Source of the DNA: an uncultured Chloroflexia bacterium
GTDB taxonomy: Bacteria; Chloroflexota; Limnocylindria; Limnocylindrales; CSP1-4
Length of the DNA stretch: 64,000 nucleotides
NCBI GenBank assembly: GCA_963720755.1
Contig: CAVRGP010000013.1
Coordinates: 96,001-160,000 of the forward strand
Direction of reading: 5' to 3'
Under the pieces are notes generated by a model. That model was not told where the DNA came from, did not search any database, and was given only the letters and a program-made list of their open reading frames with translations. Numbering within the stretch: the stretch's first letter is position 1; the number at the start of each line of letters is the position of its first letter. Both the position numbers and the translations under genes were made by a program. Of the stretch, positions 40,332-49,930 are shown one piece after another.

Positions 40332-41258
40332 ATGAGCGACTCCAAGGTCACCACGATGCGGGATGCCATCGCGGATCTGGTCCGCGACGGCGACTGCGTG
40401 GCGATCGAAGGGTTCACCCACCTGATCTCCTTCGCTGCCGGCCACGAGATCATCCGGCAGCGCAAGCGCGACCTGACCCTGGCCCGACTGACCCCGGACG
40501 TCATCTATGACCAGATGATCGCCGCCGGTGTCGCCCGCAAGCTCGTGTTCTCGTGGCTGGGGAACCCCGGGGTCGGTGGTCTCGGCGCCATCCGGCGGCG
40601 GATCGAAGGTGAGGTCCCGACCGAACCGCTCGAGGTCGAGGAGTACAGCCATTTCGGGATGGTCAGCCGCTATACGGCCGGGGCGATGAACCTCCCGTTC
40701 TTCCCACTCCGGAGTTATTTCGAGACGGACCTGCCGGTCGCGAATCCGCTGATCCGGAAGATCGAGTCGCCGTACGGGGATGGCACGGTCTATGCGGTCC
40801 CGCCGCTTCGTCCGGACGTCACGATCGTCCATGCCCAGCGGGCCACGGCGGGTGGCGACACCCAGGTCTGGGGACTGCTGGGCTGCCAGAAGGAAGCGGC
40901 ATTCGCCGCGGATCGGGTGATCGTCGTCGTCGAGGAGTTGGTCGATGACGCGGTGGTCCGAGCCGACCCGAACCGAACCATCATCCCCGGTCTCATCGTC
41001 GACGCGGTCGTCGTCGAGCCGTGGGGGGCGCATCCCTCCTACGTCCAGGGAGCCTATGACCGCGACAACCGGTTCTATCTCGACTGGGATCCGATCACCC
41101 GGGACGAAACGGCCATCCAGGCGTGGCTGCGGGAGTGGGTCTTCGGGGTCGAGGGTCGCGCCGGCTACATGGATAAGCTCGGGGCGGAACGGCAGGCCGA
41201 CCTCCGGCCGTCTGATGCAGCTCCGTCCGGGTCGGTCGACTACGGCGCCTACCGATGA
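40332..41258 (+). CDS. Acyl-CoA transferase subunit A (glutaconate/3-oxoadipate type)
   Basis: EGFTHLI, HEIIRQ, GNPGVG, EEYSH, GAHPS. Confidence 0.88.
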   Translation: MSDSKVTTMRDAIADLVRDGDCVAIEGFTHLISFAAGHEIIRQRKRDLTLARLTPDVIYDQMIAAGVARKLVFSWLGNPGVGGLGAIRRRIEGEVPTEPLEVEEYSHFGMVSRYTAGAMNLPFFPLRSYFETDLPVANPLIRKIESPYGDGTVYAVPPLRPDVTIVHAQRATAGGDTQVWGLLGCQKEAAFAADRVIVVVEELVDDAVVRADPNRTIIPGLIVDAVVVEPWGAHPSYVQGAYDRDNRFYLDWDPITRDETAIQAWLREWVFGVEGRAGYMDKLGAERQADLRPSDAAPSGSVDYGAYR

Positions 41259-42034
41259 GCGACCCGATCTTCAGCAAGTCCGAGATGATGATCGTCGCCG
41301 CGGCGCGCGAACTTGCCGGCCAGCACGTCTGCTTCGTCGGCGTCGGGCTTCCGAACATCGCCGTGAACCTGGCCCAGCGAACCGTGGCGCCGGACCTCGA
41401 GCTCGTCTACGAGGCCGGCGTCTTCGGGGCCCGACCGGCCCGACTGCCGCTGAGCATCGGCGACCCGACGATCGTGACCGGGGCGACGGCCGTGGTCAGC
41501 ATGCTCGAGCTGTTCGGCTACTACCTCCAGCGCGGGCTGATCGATGTCGGCTTCCTGGGTGCCGCCCAGATCGACCGGTTCGGCAACATCAACACCACGG
41601 TGATCGGACCGTACGACCACCCGAAGACCCGTCTGCCCGGCTCCGGCGGCGCCTGTGAGATCGCCATCAACGCGCGCCAGGTATTCGTCATCATGCGCCA
41701 GAGCAAGCGGAGCTTCGTCGACACGATCGACTTTCGGACGTCGCCCGGCAACCTTGGTGGTGCCGAACAGGCGGAGCGGATCCGGCGCGAAGGCGGCTGG
41801 CTGGGGCGCGGCCCGACCGTTGTCGTCACCGACCTTGGCATCTACCACTTCGGCGAGACCGGCGAGATGCGCCTCGATTCGCTCCACCCGGGCGCGACGG
41901 TCGAGCAGGTCCGCGAGACGATCGGCTGGGATATCGCGATCGCTCATGACCTGGCCGAGACCGCCGCGCCGTCCGCCGACGAACTCCGACTCATCCGCGA
42001 CGAACTCGATCCCGGCGGGGTCTACACGAAGTAG
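41255..42034 (+). CDS. Acyl-CoA transferase subunit B
   Basis: FVGVGLP, AQIDRFGNINTT, RLPGSGGA; ATGA overlap. Confidence 0.88.
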   Translation: MSDPIFSKSEMMIVAAARELAGQHVCFVGVGLPNIAVNLAQRTVAPDLELVYEAGVFGARPARLPLSIGDPTIVTGATAVVSMLELFGYYLQRGLIDVGFLGAAQIDRFGNINTTVIGPYDHPKTRLPGSGGACEIAINARQVFVIMRQSKRSFVDTIDFRTSPGNLGGAEQAERIRREGGWLGRGPTVVVTDLGIYHFGETGEMRLDSLHPGATVEQVRETIGWDIAIAHDLAETAAPSADELRLIRDELDPGGVYTK

Positions 42035-42076
42035 GCCGCCTCCGGCTGCGAGCGGGCCGACGGCGGCGTGCTCCCA

Positions 42077-42115
42077 CCGGACCGAATGGTCCGGGCCTTT
42101 CAGGCCGAACGGCCG
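42077..42115. promoter_or_regulatory. DosR-like palindromic boxes upstream of hydrogenase operon
   Basis: CCGGACC-GAAT-GGTCCGG (42077-42094) and AGGCC-GAAC-GGCCG (42102-42115). Confidence 0.5.
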
Positions 42116-42168
42116 GTCCCAAGGAACAGTCCCCACCCCACTGTTAGGGGCGAAGTGAGGGGTGTCGG

Positions 42169-42651
42169 ATGTTCACGCGCGAGATGCTCGATTCTGCACT
42201 TGCCTCTGGGTGGTTCGGTGCCGGACTCCCCGGACCCGCTCGCGACCGCCTGGCCGAGTTGGCGCACCTGGGGTCGTACCCGACGGGCGAGGTCGTCATC
42301 CACGAGGGCCAACCCGTCGACTCGTTCGGCGTGGTCGTCGAGGGGCGCCTGGCGGTCCGGCTCAACGTTCCCGGCCGGAGCACCGTCACTGCCCTGACCA
42401 TCGAACCCGGCGACATCGTCGGTTGGTCAGCCCTGGTCCCGCCGCATCGGGCCACCTCCACGGTCGTCGCCCTGGAACCGACTACCGTCGTGGCCTTCGA
42501 CGGGTCATCGTTGCGTTCGGAGCTGGACGCCGATCCCGCCCTCGCCGCCGCGGTGACGTGGCGTGTGCTCGATGCCGTCGCCCGGCGCCTGGAGGCGACC
42601 AGGACGCAGTTGCTGGACCTCTTCGCCCGAGTGGAACACGAGCCGTGGTGA
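42169..42651 (+). CDS. Stand-alone cyclic-nucleotide-binding domain protein
   Basis: GEVVIHEG, VVEGRLAV, PGDIVGWSAL; no HTH. Confidence 0.85.
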   Translation: MFTREMLDSALASGWFGAGLPGPARDRLAELAHLGSYPTGEVVIHEGQPVDSFGVVVEGRLAVRLNVPGRSTVTALTIEPGDIVGWSALVPPHRATSTVVALEPTTVVAFDGSSLRSELDADPALAAAVTWRVLDAVARRLEATRTQLLDLFARVEHEPW

Positions 42652-44696
42652 CGACCGACCCGATCGCCGGCCACGATATCGCGCGCTGGTTGCCCACCGA
42701 CCAATTCGGCCGCCTGCTCGACGCGCTCCGGGCCGATGGCCGGACCGTGATCGGACCGACGGTCCGCGATGGGGTGATCGCCCTCGACGAGATCGTCCAC
42801 GCCGCCGATCTGCCGACCGGGCGCGGCGCGGAGACCGGTCCCGGCCGGTATCGGATGACCACCCGGGCGGACGAGCGCCGGTTCGACCACGCCGTCGGCC
42901 CGATGTCGCCGAAGCGCTGGATCTTCCCGCCCCGCGCACCGATCCGTCTCGGCCGGAAGACGCCCGCCGGGGTCCGGTTCAGCGGGATCGAACCCCAGCC
43001 CGCCCCCCTTGCGTTCGTCGGGGTGCGCGCCTGCGAGCTGGCCGCGATCGGGATCCAGGATCACGTCTTCCTGGATGGCCAGGCCATCGACGCCGACTAT
43101 CGGGCGCGTCGATCGGCGGCGTTCATCGTCGCGGTCGAGTGTGCCACCCCCACGGCGACCTGCTTCTGCACCTCGATGGGGACGGGTCCAGAGGTGACCG
43201 ATGGCTATGACGTCGCGCTGACCGAGCTCGACGGCGGGTTCGTCGTCCGGATCGGGTCGCCCGCCGGCCGGACGCTCGTCGAGGCACTCGATCTTGCTCC
43301 GGCCGATCGCTCCGCGACAGAGGCCGCCGAGGCAGCCGTCGCCGGTGCGCGACGGGCGATGGGCACACCGATGGACATGACCAACGTCCACGAGCGGCTG
43401 CAGGCCGCGCCCGAGCACCCCGGCTGGGCGGCCGTCGCCGAGCGCTGCCTGTCATGCACGAACTGCACCCTCGTCTGCCCGACCTGCTTCTGCACCAGCG
43501 TGGTCGAGAAGTCCGACCTCGACGGAACGACGTCGACCGGTGAGCGGACCTGGGACTCCTGCTTCAACGAGGGCTTCGCCAAGGTCGCCGGTGGCTCGTT
43601 CCGCCCGAATACCAAGGATCGCTACCGCCAATGGCTCACCCACAAGTTCTCGACCTGGTGGGACCAGTTCGGGTCGACCGGGTGCGTCGGCTGCGGCCGC
43701 TGCATCGCGTGGTGTCCGGTCGGGATCGATGTGCGGGAGGAGCTGAGCGTGATCGCCGGGGTCGGGCCGGTCCCGATGCCGCAGCTTGGGGTCGATGCAG
43801 GCATGACCGGGACCATCGCGATCGAGCCGCCCGTCGTTCCGTCCCCTCCGGCTGCCATCGTCCCCCGGATGTCGCGGACCCCGGCGCCCGCGGGGTTCGT
43901 CACGGTCCATGTCGAAGGGTCGACCCGCGAGACGACCGATACGGTGACCCTCCATCTGCGCACGACGGATCGGCGCCTGCTCGCCGGCAAACCGGGTCAG
44001 TTCGTCATGGCCACCCTGCCGGCATTCTCGGCCGCACCGATCTCCGTGTCCCGGTTCCGGCGCGACGGCCTGGACCTCACGATCCGGGCGGCCGGACCCG
44101 CCACCCGCGCCCTGACCGAACTGGAACGGGGAGCGACGCTGGGGTTGCGTGGGCCGCTCGGACGCGGCTGGCCGGTCGAACGGATCTCGGGACGCGACAT
44201 CGTCATCGTCGCGGGCGGGATCGGCCTGGCGCCGCTGCGGCCATTGATCGACGCCTGCCTCGCGAACCGCGAGTCGCTCGGCTGGGTGCGGCTCTACCTC
44301 GGGACGCGAACGCCGGCCGACCGGCTGTACGTGGACGAGGTCGACCGCATCGCGACCGGGACCGACATCGACTTCAGGGAGACGGTCGATCGGGCCGGGC
44401 CGGACTGGCTCGGGCGGGTCGGGATCGTGACCCAGCTGTTCGATCGGGCGACATGGGACGGGAGCAACGCCCTCGCCTTCATCTGCGGCCCGGAACGGAT
44501 GATGCAGGCCACGGCCGATGCCCTGTTCGACCACGGCCTGACCCCGGACCGAACGTGGGTCACGCTCGAACGGAACATGAGTTGCGGCGTCGGACTGTGC
44601 GGGCATTGCCAGCTCGGCCGGTCGTTCGTGTGCGAGGACGGCCCCGTCTTCGACCTGGCCGAGCTCGGATCTGCCTTCTCCACCGAGGGTCTGTGA
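42648..44696 (+). CDS. Fused sulfhydrogenase beta (4Fe-4S) and gamma (FAD/NAD(P), 2Fe-2S) subunits
   Basis: GVRACEL, CFCTSMG, CLSCTNCTLVCPTCFC, CVGCGRCIAWCP then PGQF, GPLGRG, AGGIGLAP, CGPERM, CGVGLCGHC in one ORF. Confidence 0.88.
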   Translation: MTTDPIAGHDIARWLPTDQFGRLLDALRADGRTVIGPTVRDGVIALDEIVHAADLPTGRGAETGPGRYRMTTRADERRFDHAVGPMSPKRWIFPPRAPIRLGRKTPAGVRFSGIEPQPAPLAFVGVRACELAAIGIQDHVFLDGQAIDADYRARRSAAFIVAVECATPTATCFCTSMGTGPEVTDGYDVALTELDGGFVVRIGSPAGRTLVEALDLAPADRSATEAAEAAVAGARRAMGTPMDMTNVHERLQAAPEHPGWAAVAERCLSCTNCTLVCPTCFCTSVVEKSDLDGTTSTGERTWDSCFNEGFAKVAGGSFRPNTKDRYRQWLTHKFSTWWDQFGSTGCVGCGRCIAWCPVGIDVREELSVIAGVGPVPMPQLGVDAGMTGTIAIEPPVVPSPPAAIVPRMSRTPAPAGFVTVHVEGSTRETTDTVTLHLRTTDRRLLAGKPGQFVMATLPAFSAAPISVSRFRRDGLDLTIRAAGPATRALTELERGATLGLRGPLGRGWPVERISGRDIVIVAGGIGLAPLRPLIDACLANRESLGWVRLYLGTRTPADRLYVDEVDRIATGTDIDFRETVDRAGPDWLGRVGIVTQLFDRATWDGSNALAFICGPERMMQATADALFDHGLTPDRTWVTLERNMSCGVGLCGHCQLGRSFVCEDGPVFDLAELGSAFSTEGL

Positions 44697-45550
44697 TGCC
44701 GTCCGCCACTCGTCGCTCCGCTCCACACCGGCCGCGTGTCGGCGTCGTCAAGTTCGCTTCGTGCGACGGGTGTCAGCTGACCCTGCTCGATCTCGAAGAC
44801 GAGCTGCTGCTCATCGCCGAACGGTTCGATATCGTCGAGTTCCCGGAGGCGACCTCGCGGCGGTCTGCCGGTCCGTTCGACGTCCTCCTCGTCGAGGGTT
44901 CCATCAGCAGCGAGGAGCAACTCGAGGAATTGCTCCGGCTCCGCCGCGAGACGACGACCCTCGTGACCATCGGCGCCTGTGCGACCGCTGGCGGGATCCA
45001 GGCGATCCGCAACTGGTCGGAGCATGGGCCATGGGCCGCTGCGGTCTACCCGCGACCCGAACTCGTGCCATCGCTCGCGACCGCAACGCCCGTCGCCGAT
45101 CATGTCGTGGTCGACGCTGAGCTGCGTGGCTGCCCGATCGATCCGGGCCAGCTCCTGGAACTGTTGACGGCTCTCGTGGTCGGCCGCCGGCCACAACTGC
45201 CGGACGAATCGGTCTGTGCGGAGTGCAAGCGGCGGGGCGCGACGTGTGTCGTCGTCGCCGACGGCGTCGCCTGTCTCGGCCCGGTGACGCGAACGGGTTG
45301 TGGCGCCCTGTGCCCCACCTTCGGGCGCGGCTGCTACGGCTGCTTCGGGCCACGCGGAAACGCCAACGTCACGAGCCTGGTCGCCAACGCCGCCGGGTTC
45401 GATGAGTCGACGGCGAGCGCGAAGTTCGCCGGTTTCACGGCCTGGGCGGAACCATTCCGCTCGGTCATCGACCGCCACGGCGGCCCACCCGGCGCGACCC
45501 CGGCCGCCCCGCCCGACCCGGCCAAGCCGACCGGAGGAGATATCCGATGA
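44696..45550 (+). CDS. Group 3b [NiFe] hydrogenase small (delta) subunit
   Basis: FASCDGCQ, EGS, GACA, GCP, CAEC, CLGPVT..GCGALCP...CYGCFG. Confidence 0.92.
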   Translation: MPSATRRSAPHRPRVGVVKFASCDGCQLTLLDLEDELLLIAERFDIVEFPEATSRRSAGPFDVLLVEGSISSEEQLEELLRLRRETTTLVTIGACATAGGIQAIRNWSEHGPWAAAVYPRPELVPSLATATPVADHVVVDAELRGCPIDPGQLLELLTALVVGRRPQLPDESVCAECKRRGATCVVVADGVACLGPVTRTGCGALCPTFGRGCYGCFGPRGNANVTSLVANAAGFDESTASAKFAGFTAWAEPFRSVIDRHGGPPGATPAAPPDPAKPTGGDIR

Positions 45551-46869
45551 CCGAGACCACGACCCGCCGACGCAGCCGGACCCAGCGTTTCGAGGTGGAG
45601 GGTCTGACCCGGGTCGAAGGCGAGGGATCGCTGAGCCTTGTCGTCCGCGACGGCGACGTCATCGAAGCGCGGCTGGGGATCTTCGAGGCGCCTCGCTACT
45701 TCGAACGTCTGGTCCGCGGCCGGACCCCCGACGAAGTGCTCGACATCGTCGCTCGGATCTGTGGCATCTGCCCAGTGGCCTACCAGATGAGTGCGGTCCA
45801 TGCCTTCGAGGACGCCGCCGGGATCGCCATCGATCCAGCGGTCCGGGCGCTCCGCCGCCTGCTCTATTGCGGCGAGTGGATCGAGAGTCATGCCCTCCAC
45901 GTGTATTTCCTCCACGCCCCGGATTTCATGGGCTACGCCAGCGCGATCGAACTGGCCCGCGACCACCGGGTCCTGGTGGAGCGAGCGCTGGCGCTCAAGA
46001 AGGCCGGGAACCACCTCGTCGCCCTCGTCGGAGGTCGGCCGATCCACCCAGTGAGCGTCCGGGTCGGCGGTTTCTACCACGTGCCGACCAGGTCCGCCTT
46101 GACCGCGCTCCGTCCGGAATTGACGGCTGCGCTCGATATCGCCCTGGAGACGGTTGCGGTGGTCACGACGCTGACGCCACCCGAGTTCGTTCGGGATCCG
46201 CGTCTCGTGTCGCTCCGTCATCCGACCGATTACCCGATGAACGAGGGCCGGATCGTGTCCACGGATGGCCTCGACATCGCGCCGACCGACTGGGAGACCG
46301 CCTTCGAGGAGGACCAGGTCGGCTGGTCGAACGCGCTCCAGGCCCGGACCCACGCCGGTGAGGTGTACCTCCTGGGCCCGTCGGCCCGGATCACCCTGGC
46401 CGCCGACCGTCTCCATCCACTGGCGGCCGAGGCCCTTGCCCATTCCGGTCTCGCCGAAGAGATCCGGCGAAACCCGTTCCGAAGCATCGTCGCGCGGGCG
46501 ATCGAGCTCGTTCACGCGACGGCCGAAGCGCTCGACCTGATCGCCGACTACCGCCCGCCGGAGCGGCCGGCCGCTCCGTGGACCCCGGGGCCAGGTGTCG
46601 CGGCATGGGCGACCGAAGCGCCGCGCGGGCTCCTGTTCCATCGCTACGAACTCGACGAGCAGGGACGGGTGGCCACCGCCAGGATCGTCCCCCCGACGAG
46701 CCAGAACCAGGCCGCCATCGAGGCGGACCTGACCGACTTCGCACCGTCCGTCCTGGATCTGCCGCATGACCAGGCGATCCATCGCTTCGAGCAGCTCATC
46801 CGCAGCTACGACCCGTGCATCTCGTGCGCGACGCACTTCCTCGATCTGCGCGTGGACCGACAGACGTGA
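45547..46869 (+). CDS. Group 3b [NiFe] hydrogenase large (alpha) subunit
   Basis: RVEGEG, L1 RICGICPVAY, EAPRG, PPTSQN, L2 DPCISCATH plus short cleavable tail. Confidence 0.95.
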   Translation: MTETTTRRRSRTQRFEVEGLTRVEGEGSLSLVVRDGDVIEARLGIFEAPRYFERLVRGRTPDEVLDIVARICGICPVAYQMSAVHAFEDAAGIAIDPAVRALRRLLYCGEWIESHALHVYFLHAPDFMGYASAIELARDHRVLVERALALKKAGNHLVALVGGRPIHPVSVRVGGFYHVPTRSALTALRPELTAALDIALETVAVVTTLTPPEFVRDPRLVSLRHPTDYPMNEGRIVSTDGLDIAPTDWETAFEEDQVGWSNALQARTHAGEVYLLGPSARITLAADRLHPLAAEALAHSGLAEEIRRNPFRSIVARAIELVHATAEALDLIADYRPPERPAAPWTPGPGVAAWATEAPRGLLFHRYELDEQGRVATARIVPPTSQNQAAIEADLTDFAPSVLDLPHDQAIHRFEQLIRSYDPCISCATHFLDLRVDRQT

Positions 46870-49484
46870 ACGGCCCGCGGCGGGTCCGGTTGCTGGTCTG
46901 CGGCAACGGCGAGCGCGGCGACGACGGCGCTGCCCTTGCGGCCGTCGCGGGCCTGCTTGGCGACCTTCCGGCGGACCTGCTGGCCGTTCTCGAGGTGCGA
47001 CGCTGCGAGGGCCTCCAGCTCGAGGACTTGCTCGACCTGCCGGACGGGATGGCCTGCGTCATCGTGGACGCCGCTCTTGGTCTGGCCCCTGGCACGATCG
47101 CGACGATCCCGCTCGAGGATCTCCCGGACCGTGACGCGGCGTTCGGGCCCGTCCCGCGATCGTCACATGTGCTGCCGATCGGCCAGCTTGTCGCCATCGC
47201 CGCCGTCATGCGCGGTCCGGTCGATGGGACGTTCGTCGCGATCGGCGGGCGTTCGTTCGGGTTCGGTCGAGGTCTGGGTCGCTCGGTCCGTGCCGGATTG
47301 CCGGCCTATCGCGCCGCCATCGAGGCTGCCCTCGTCGACGCAGCCGGAGTGACCGCGATCGGACCGCCGGACGAGCCGGGCCCGACTCGGTCGGCCTATG
47401 CCGAACGGCCCGCGCCTTTGGTCGCCTTGCCCCTGCCCGATGGCACCCCCGAGCCCCACGCTGGAGCCATGATGATCGAGCAGCCCGCGCCCCGATACCC
47501 GGGTCTGCCTGCCATCGTCGATGGCTCGGAGGCGATCGCCCACGTCGAGACGCGCATCGCCGAAGTGGCCTGCGTCTATCCGATCACCCCGTCCACCACG
47601 ATGGCCGCCCTGTTCCAGGAGGCGGTCGCTTCCGGCCGGACGAACCTGTGGGGGACGCCGCTCCGGTTCGTCGAGCCCGAGTCCGAGCATTCCTCGGCAT
47701 CGGCGGCCGAAGGTGCCGCCCTGGCCGGCGGCCGGGTGACCAACTTCACCGCGGGGCAGGGGCTGGTCCTGATGAAGGAGGTCCTGTACGTCATCAGCGG
47801 CAAGCGCTTGCCGGCGGTCTTCCATGTCGGTGCCCGCGCGCTGACCAGCCAGGCACTCAACATCCATGCTGGGCACGACGACGTCATGGCGGTCGCGGAC
47901 ACGGGCTGGGGCATCCTGTTCGCCCGGAACCCACAGGAGGCGGCCGACCTCACCGCCATCGCTCGACGGGTCGCCGAGGCAACGGACACGCCGTTCATGG
48001 TCGCCCAGGACGGCTTCCTGACGACCCACACCCTCGAGAACGTCCGGTTGCCCGAGGATGAGCTGCTGCGGGAATTCGTGGGCGACCCCGCTGACCGGAT
48101 CCGCGACCTGTTCGATCCGGCCGAGGCGCTGATGACCGGTGTCGTCCAGAACCAGGACAGCTACATGAAGGGGCGGATCGGACAGCGCGCCTACACGGAT
48201 CGGATCCCGTCTGTGCTGACCGAGGCGATGGCCGAATGGACCCAGCTGACGGGTCGTCGGGTCGGGCTCGTCGACGCGTACCGGTGCACCGACGCGACCG
48301 AGATCCTCGTTTCGATGGGAACGATGGCCGACACCTCGATCGCGGTCGTCGATCATCTCCGCGACCAGGGCCGCCCGGTCGGCTGCGTCGCGGTCACCAG
48401 CTTCCGGCCCTTCCCGGTCGACGAACTTGCCGTCGTCCTCCGGCGGGCGCGGGCAGTCGGGGTCGTCGAGCGGACGGATGACCCGTTGGCGGCCGCCAAC
48501 CCACTGACCCGCGAGATCCGCTCGGCCCTGTACGACGCCGCGGCCGAGGGGGTCATGGTCCCGCGGGTGCTCTCCTTCTCGGCCGGCCTGGGCTCGCGGG
48601 ACGTCGGCCCGGGCGATCTGGTGGCCGCCTTCGACCACCTGGCCGTCCACGGCGAACCGCAGATGCGGCACGCCGTCCTGGGCATCCATCATCCGCTCGC
48701 GCTCGAGCGTGTCCCCGCGGATCTCCGACCGGCCGGCTCGTGGTCGCTTCGGGGCCATTCGATCGGCGGTTTCGGCTCGGTCACGACCAACAAGCTCGTG
48801 GCCACCCTGGCCGGTGAGGTGTTCGACAAGTACGTCCAGGCCTATCCGCGCTACGGATCCGAGAAGAAGGGTCTGCCCACCACCTACTACCTGACCGTCG
48901 CGGACGCCCCGATCCGGCTGCATTCCGAGCTCGACCAGGTCGAATTCGTGCCCTTGCACGACGTCGCCGCCTTCGCCCTCGGCGATCCGTTGGCCGGGCT
49001 GTCCGACGGCGGGACCATCTTCCTGCAGTCACCGGCCGCGGACCCGGAAGCGATCTGGGGATCGATCCCGGCCGCCGCCCGGGCCGAAGTGATCGCCCGG
49101 CGGATCCGAGTGACCGCTCTCGACACCGCTGCCCTTGCCGCCGCACATGCCCCGACACCCGACCTCCTGATCCGGATGCAGGGCGTGGCCCTGGTTGGGG
49201 TGTTCCTGCGGGTCGCCCCCTTCGCCGAACGTGCCGGGATGGACCGCGAAACGCTCCTGGCGGCGGTGCGGGATCGCCTCGGACGGTTCTTCGGCAAGCG
49301 CGGCGGCACCGTCGTGGACGCCAACCTTGCGGTCATCTCAGCCGCCTACGACGGGCTCATCGATGTCACCGCGGCGATCCATGGGTCGACTGCCGCCACT
49401 CCGGTGGATGTCACCCCCACGGTCGACACCACCACGACGGCCGATGCCGCCGCCGCAACCGAACCGGAAGGAGCCGTCCGATGA
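46866..49484 (+). CDS. Hydrogenase maturation protease in frame with 2-oxoacid:ferredoxin oxidoreductase alpha/gamma domains (internal SD+ATG at 47469)
   Basis: CGNGERGDDG...VDA...SSH then YPITPST, ESEHSSAS, FTAGQG, DGFLTTH, SIGGFGSVT, YGSEKKG with no intervening stop. Confidence 0.82.
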   Translation: MNGPRRVRLLVCGNGERGDDGAALAAVAGLLGDLPADLLAVLEVRRCEGLQLEDLLDLPDGMACVIVDAALGLAPGTIATIPLEDLPDRDAAFGPVPRSSHVLPIGQLVAIAAVMRGPVDGTFVAIGGRSFGFGRGLGRSVRAGLPAYRAAIEAALVDAAGVTAIGPPDEPGPTRSAYAERPAPLVALPLPDGTPEPHAGAMMIEQPAPRYPGLPAIVDGSEAIAHVETRIAEVACVYPITPSTTMAALFQEAVASGRTNLWGTPLRFVEPESEHSSASAAEGAALAGGRVTNFTAGQGLVLMKEVLYVISGKRLPAVFHVGARALTSQALNIHAGHDDVMAVADTGWGILFARNPQEAADLTAIARRVAEATDTPFMVAQDGFLTTHTLENVRLPEDELLREFVGDPADRIRDLFDPAEALMTGVVQNQDSYMKGRIGQRAYTDRIPSVLTEAMAEWTQLTGRRVGLVDAYRCTDATEILVSMGTMADTSIAVVDHLRDQGRPVGCVAVTSFRPFPVDELAVVLRRARAVGVVERTDDPLAAANPLTREIRSALYDAAAEGVMVPRVLSFSAGLGSRDVGPGDLVAAFDHLAVHGEPQMRHAVLGIHHPLALERVPADLRPAGSWSLRGHSIGGFGSVTTNKLVATLAGEVFDKYVQAYPRYGSEKKGLPTTYYLTVADAPIRLHSELDQVEFVPLHDVAAFALGDPLAGLSDGGTIFLQSPAADPEAIWGSIPAAARAEVIARRIRVTALDTAALAAAHAPTPDLLIRMQGVALVGVFLRVAPFAERAGMDRETLLAAVRDRLGRFFGKRGGTVVDANLAVISAAYDGLIDVTAAIHGSTAATPVDVTPTVDTTTTADAAAATEPEGAVR

Positions 49485-49930
49485 CTACCACTTCCCGGGC
49501 GACGACCGTCGCCGACGTCATGATCCTGGACCTCGTGGTCGTTCGAGCCAATGCCCCGCTCGACCAGGCCGCAGAAATGATGGACCGCCACCGTATCAGC
49601 GGCCTGCCGGTCGTCGATTCGGCCGGGGCGCTCGTTGGCGTCCTCAGCCAGGCGGACCTCGTCCGGGCGCGCTCGACCGAGTACCTGTGGGCCAACTGGC
49701 CGGGCCTGGCGGTCCGCCACCTGATGACGACGCCGCCGATCACCGTCCGGCGATCCACCCCGCTGTCCGTGGCCGCCGCTCGCATGGAACGTCATCACAT
49801 CCATCGGCTCGTCGTGGTCGCGGACGACGACGAGACGCTCCCGATCGGGATCCTGTCGACCACCGACCTTGTCCACGATATGGCCAAGGTCGCACGCGAT
49901 GCGCGGCACGGAGGGCCCGATGCCCGATAG
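49481..49930 (+). CDS. CBS-pair domain protein
   Basis: VADVM, ISGLPVVD..LVGVLS..DL, IHRLVVV..GILSTTDL. Confidence 0.9.
   Translation: MTTTSRATTVADVMILDLVVVRANAPLDQAAEMMDRHRISGLPVVDSAGALVGVLSQADLVRARSTEYLWANWPGLAVRHLMTTPPITVRRSTPLSVAAARMERHHIHRLVVVADDDETLPIGILSTTDLVHDMAKVARDARHGGPDAR

Noticed and set aside
42162-42647. Upstream extension of the beta-gamma ORF
   Set aside because: Alternate frame of the cNMP gene; GTGA coupling gives a start at 42648
46800-46840. Selenocysteine [NiFeSe] hydrogenase
   Set aside because: L2 motif is DPCISC with ordinary Cys codons
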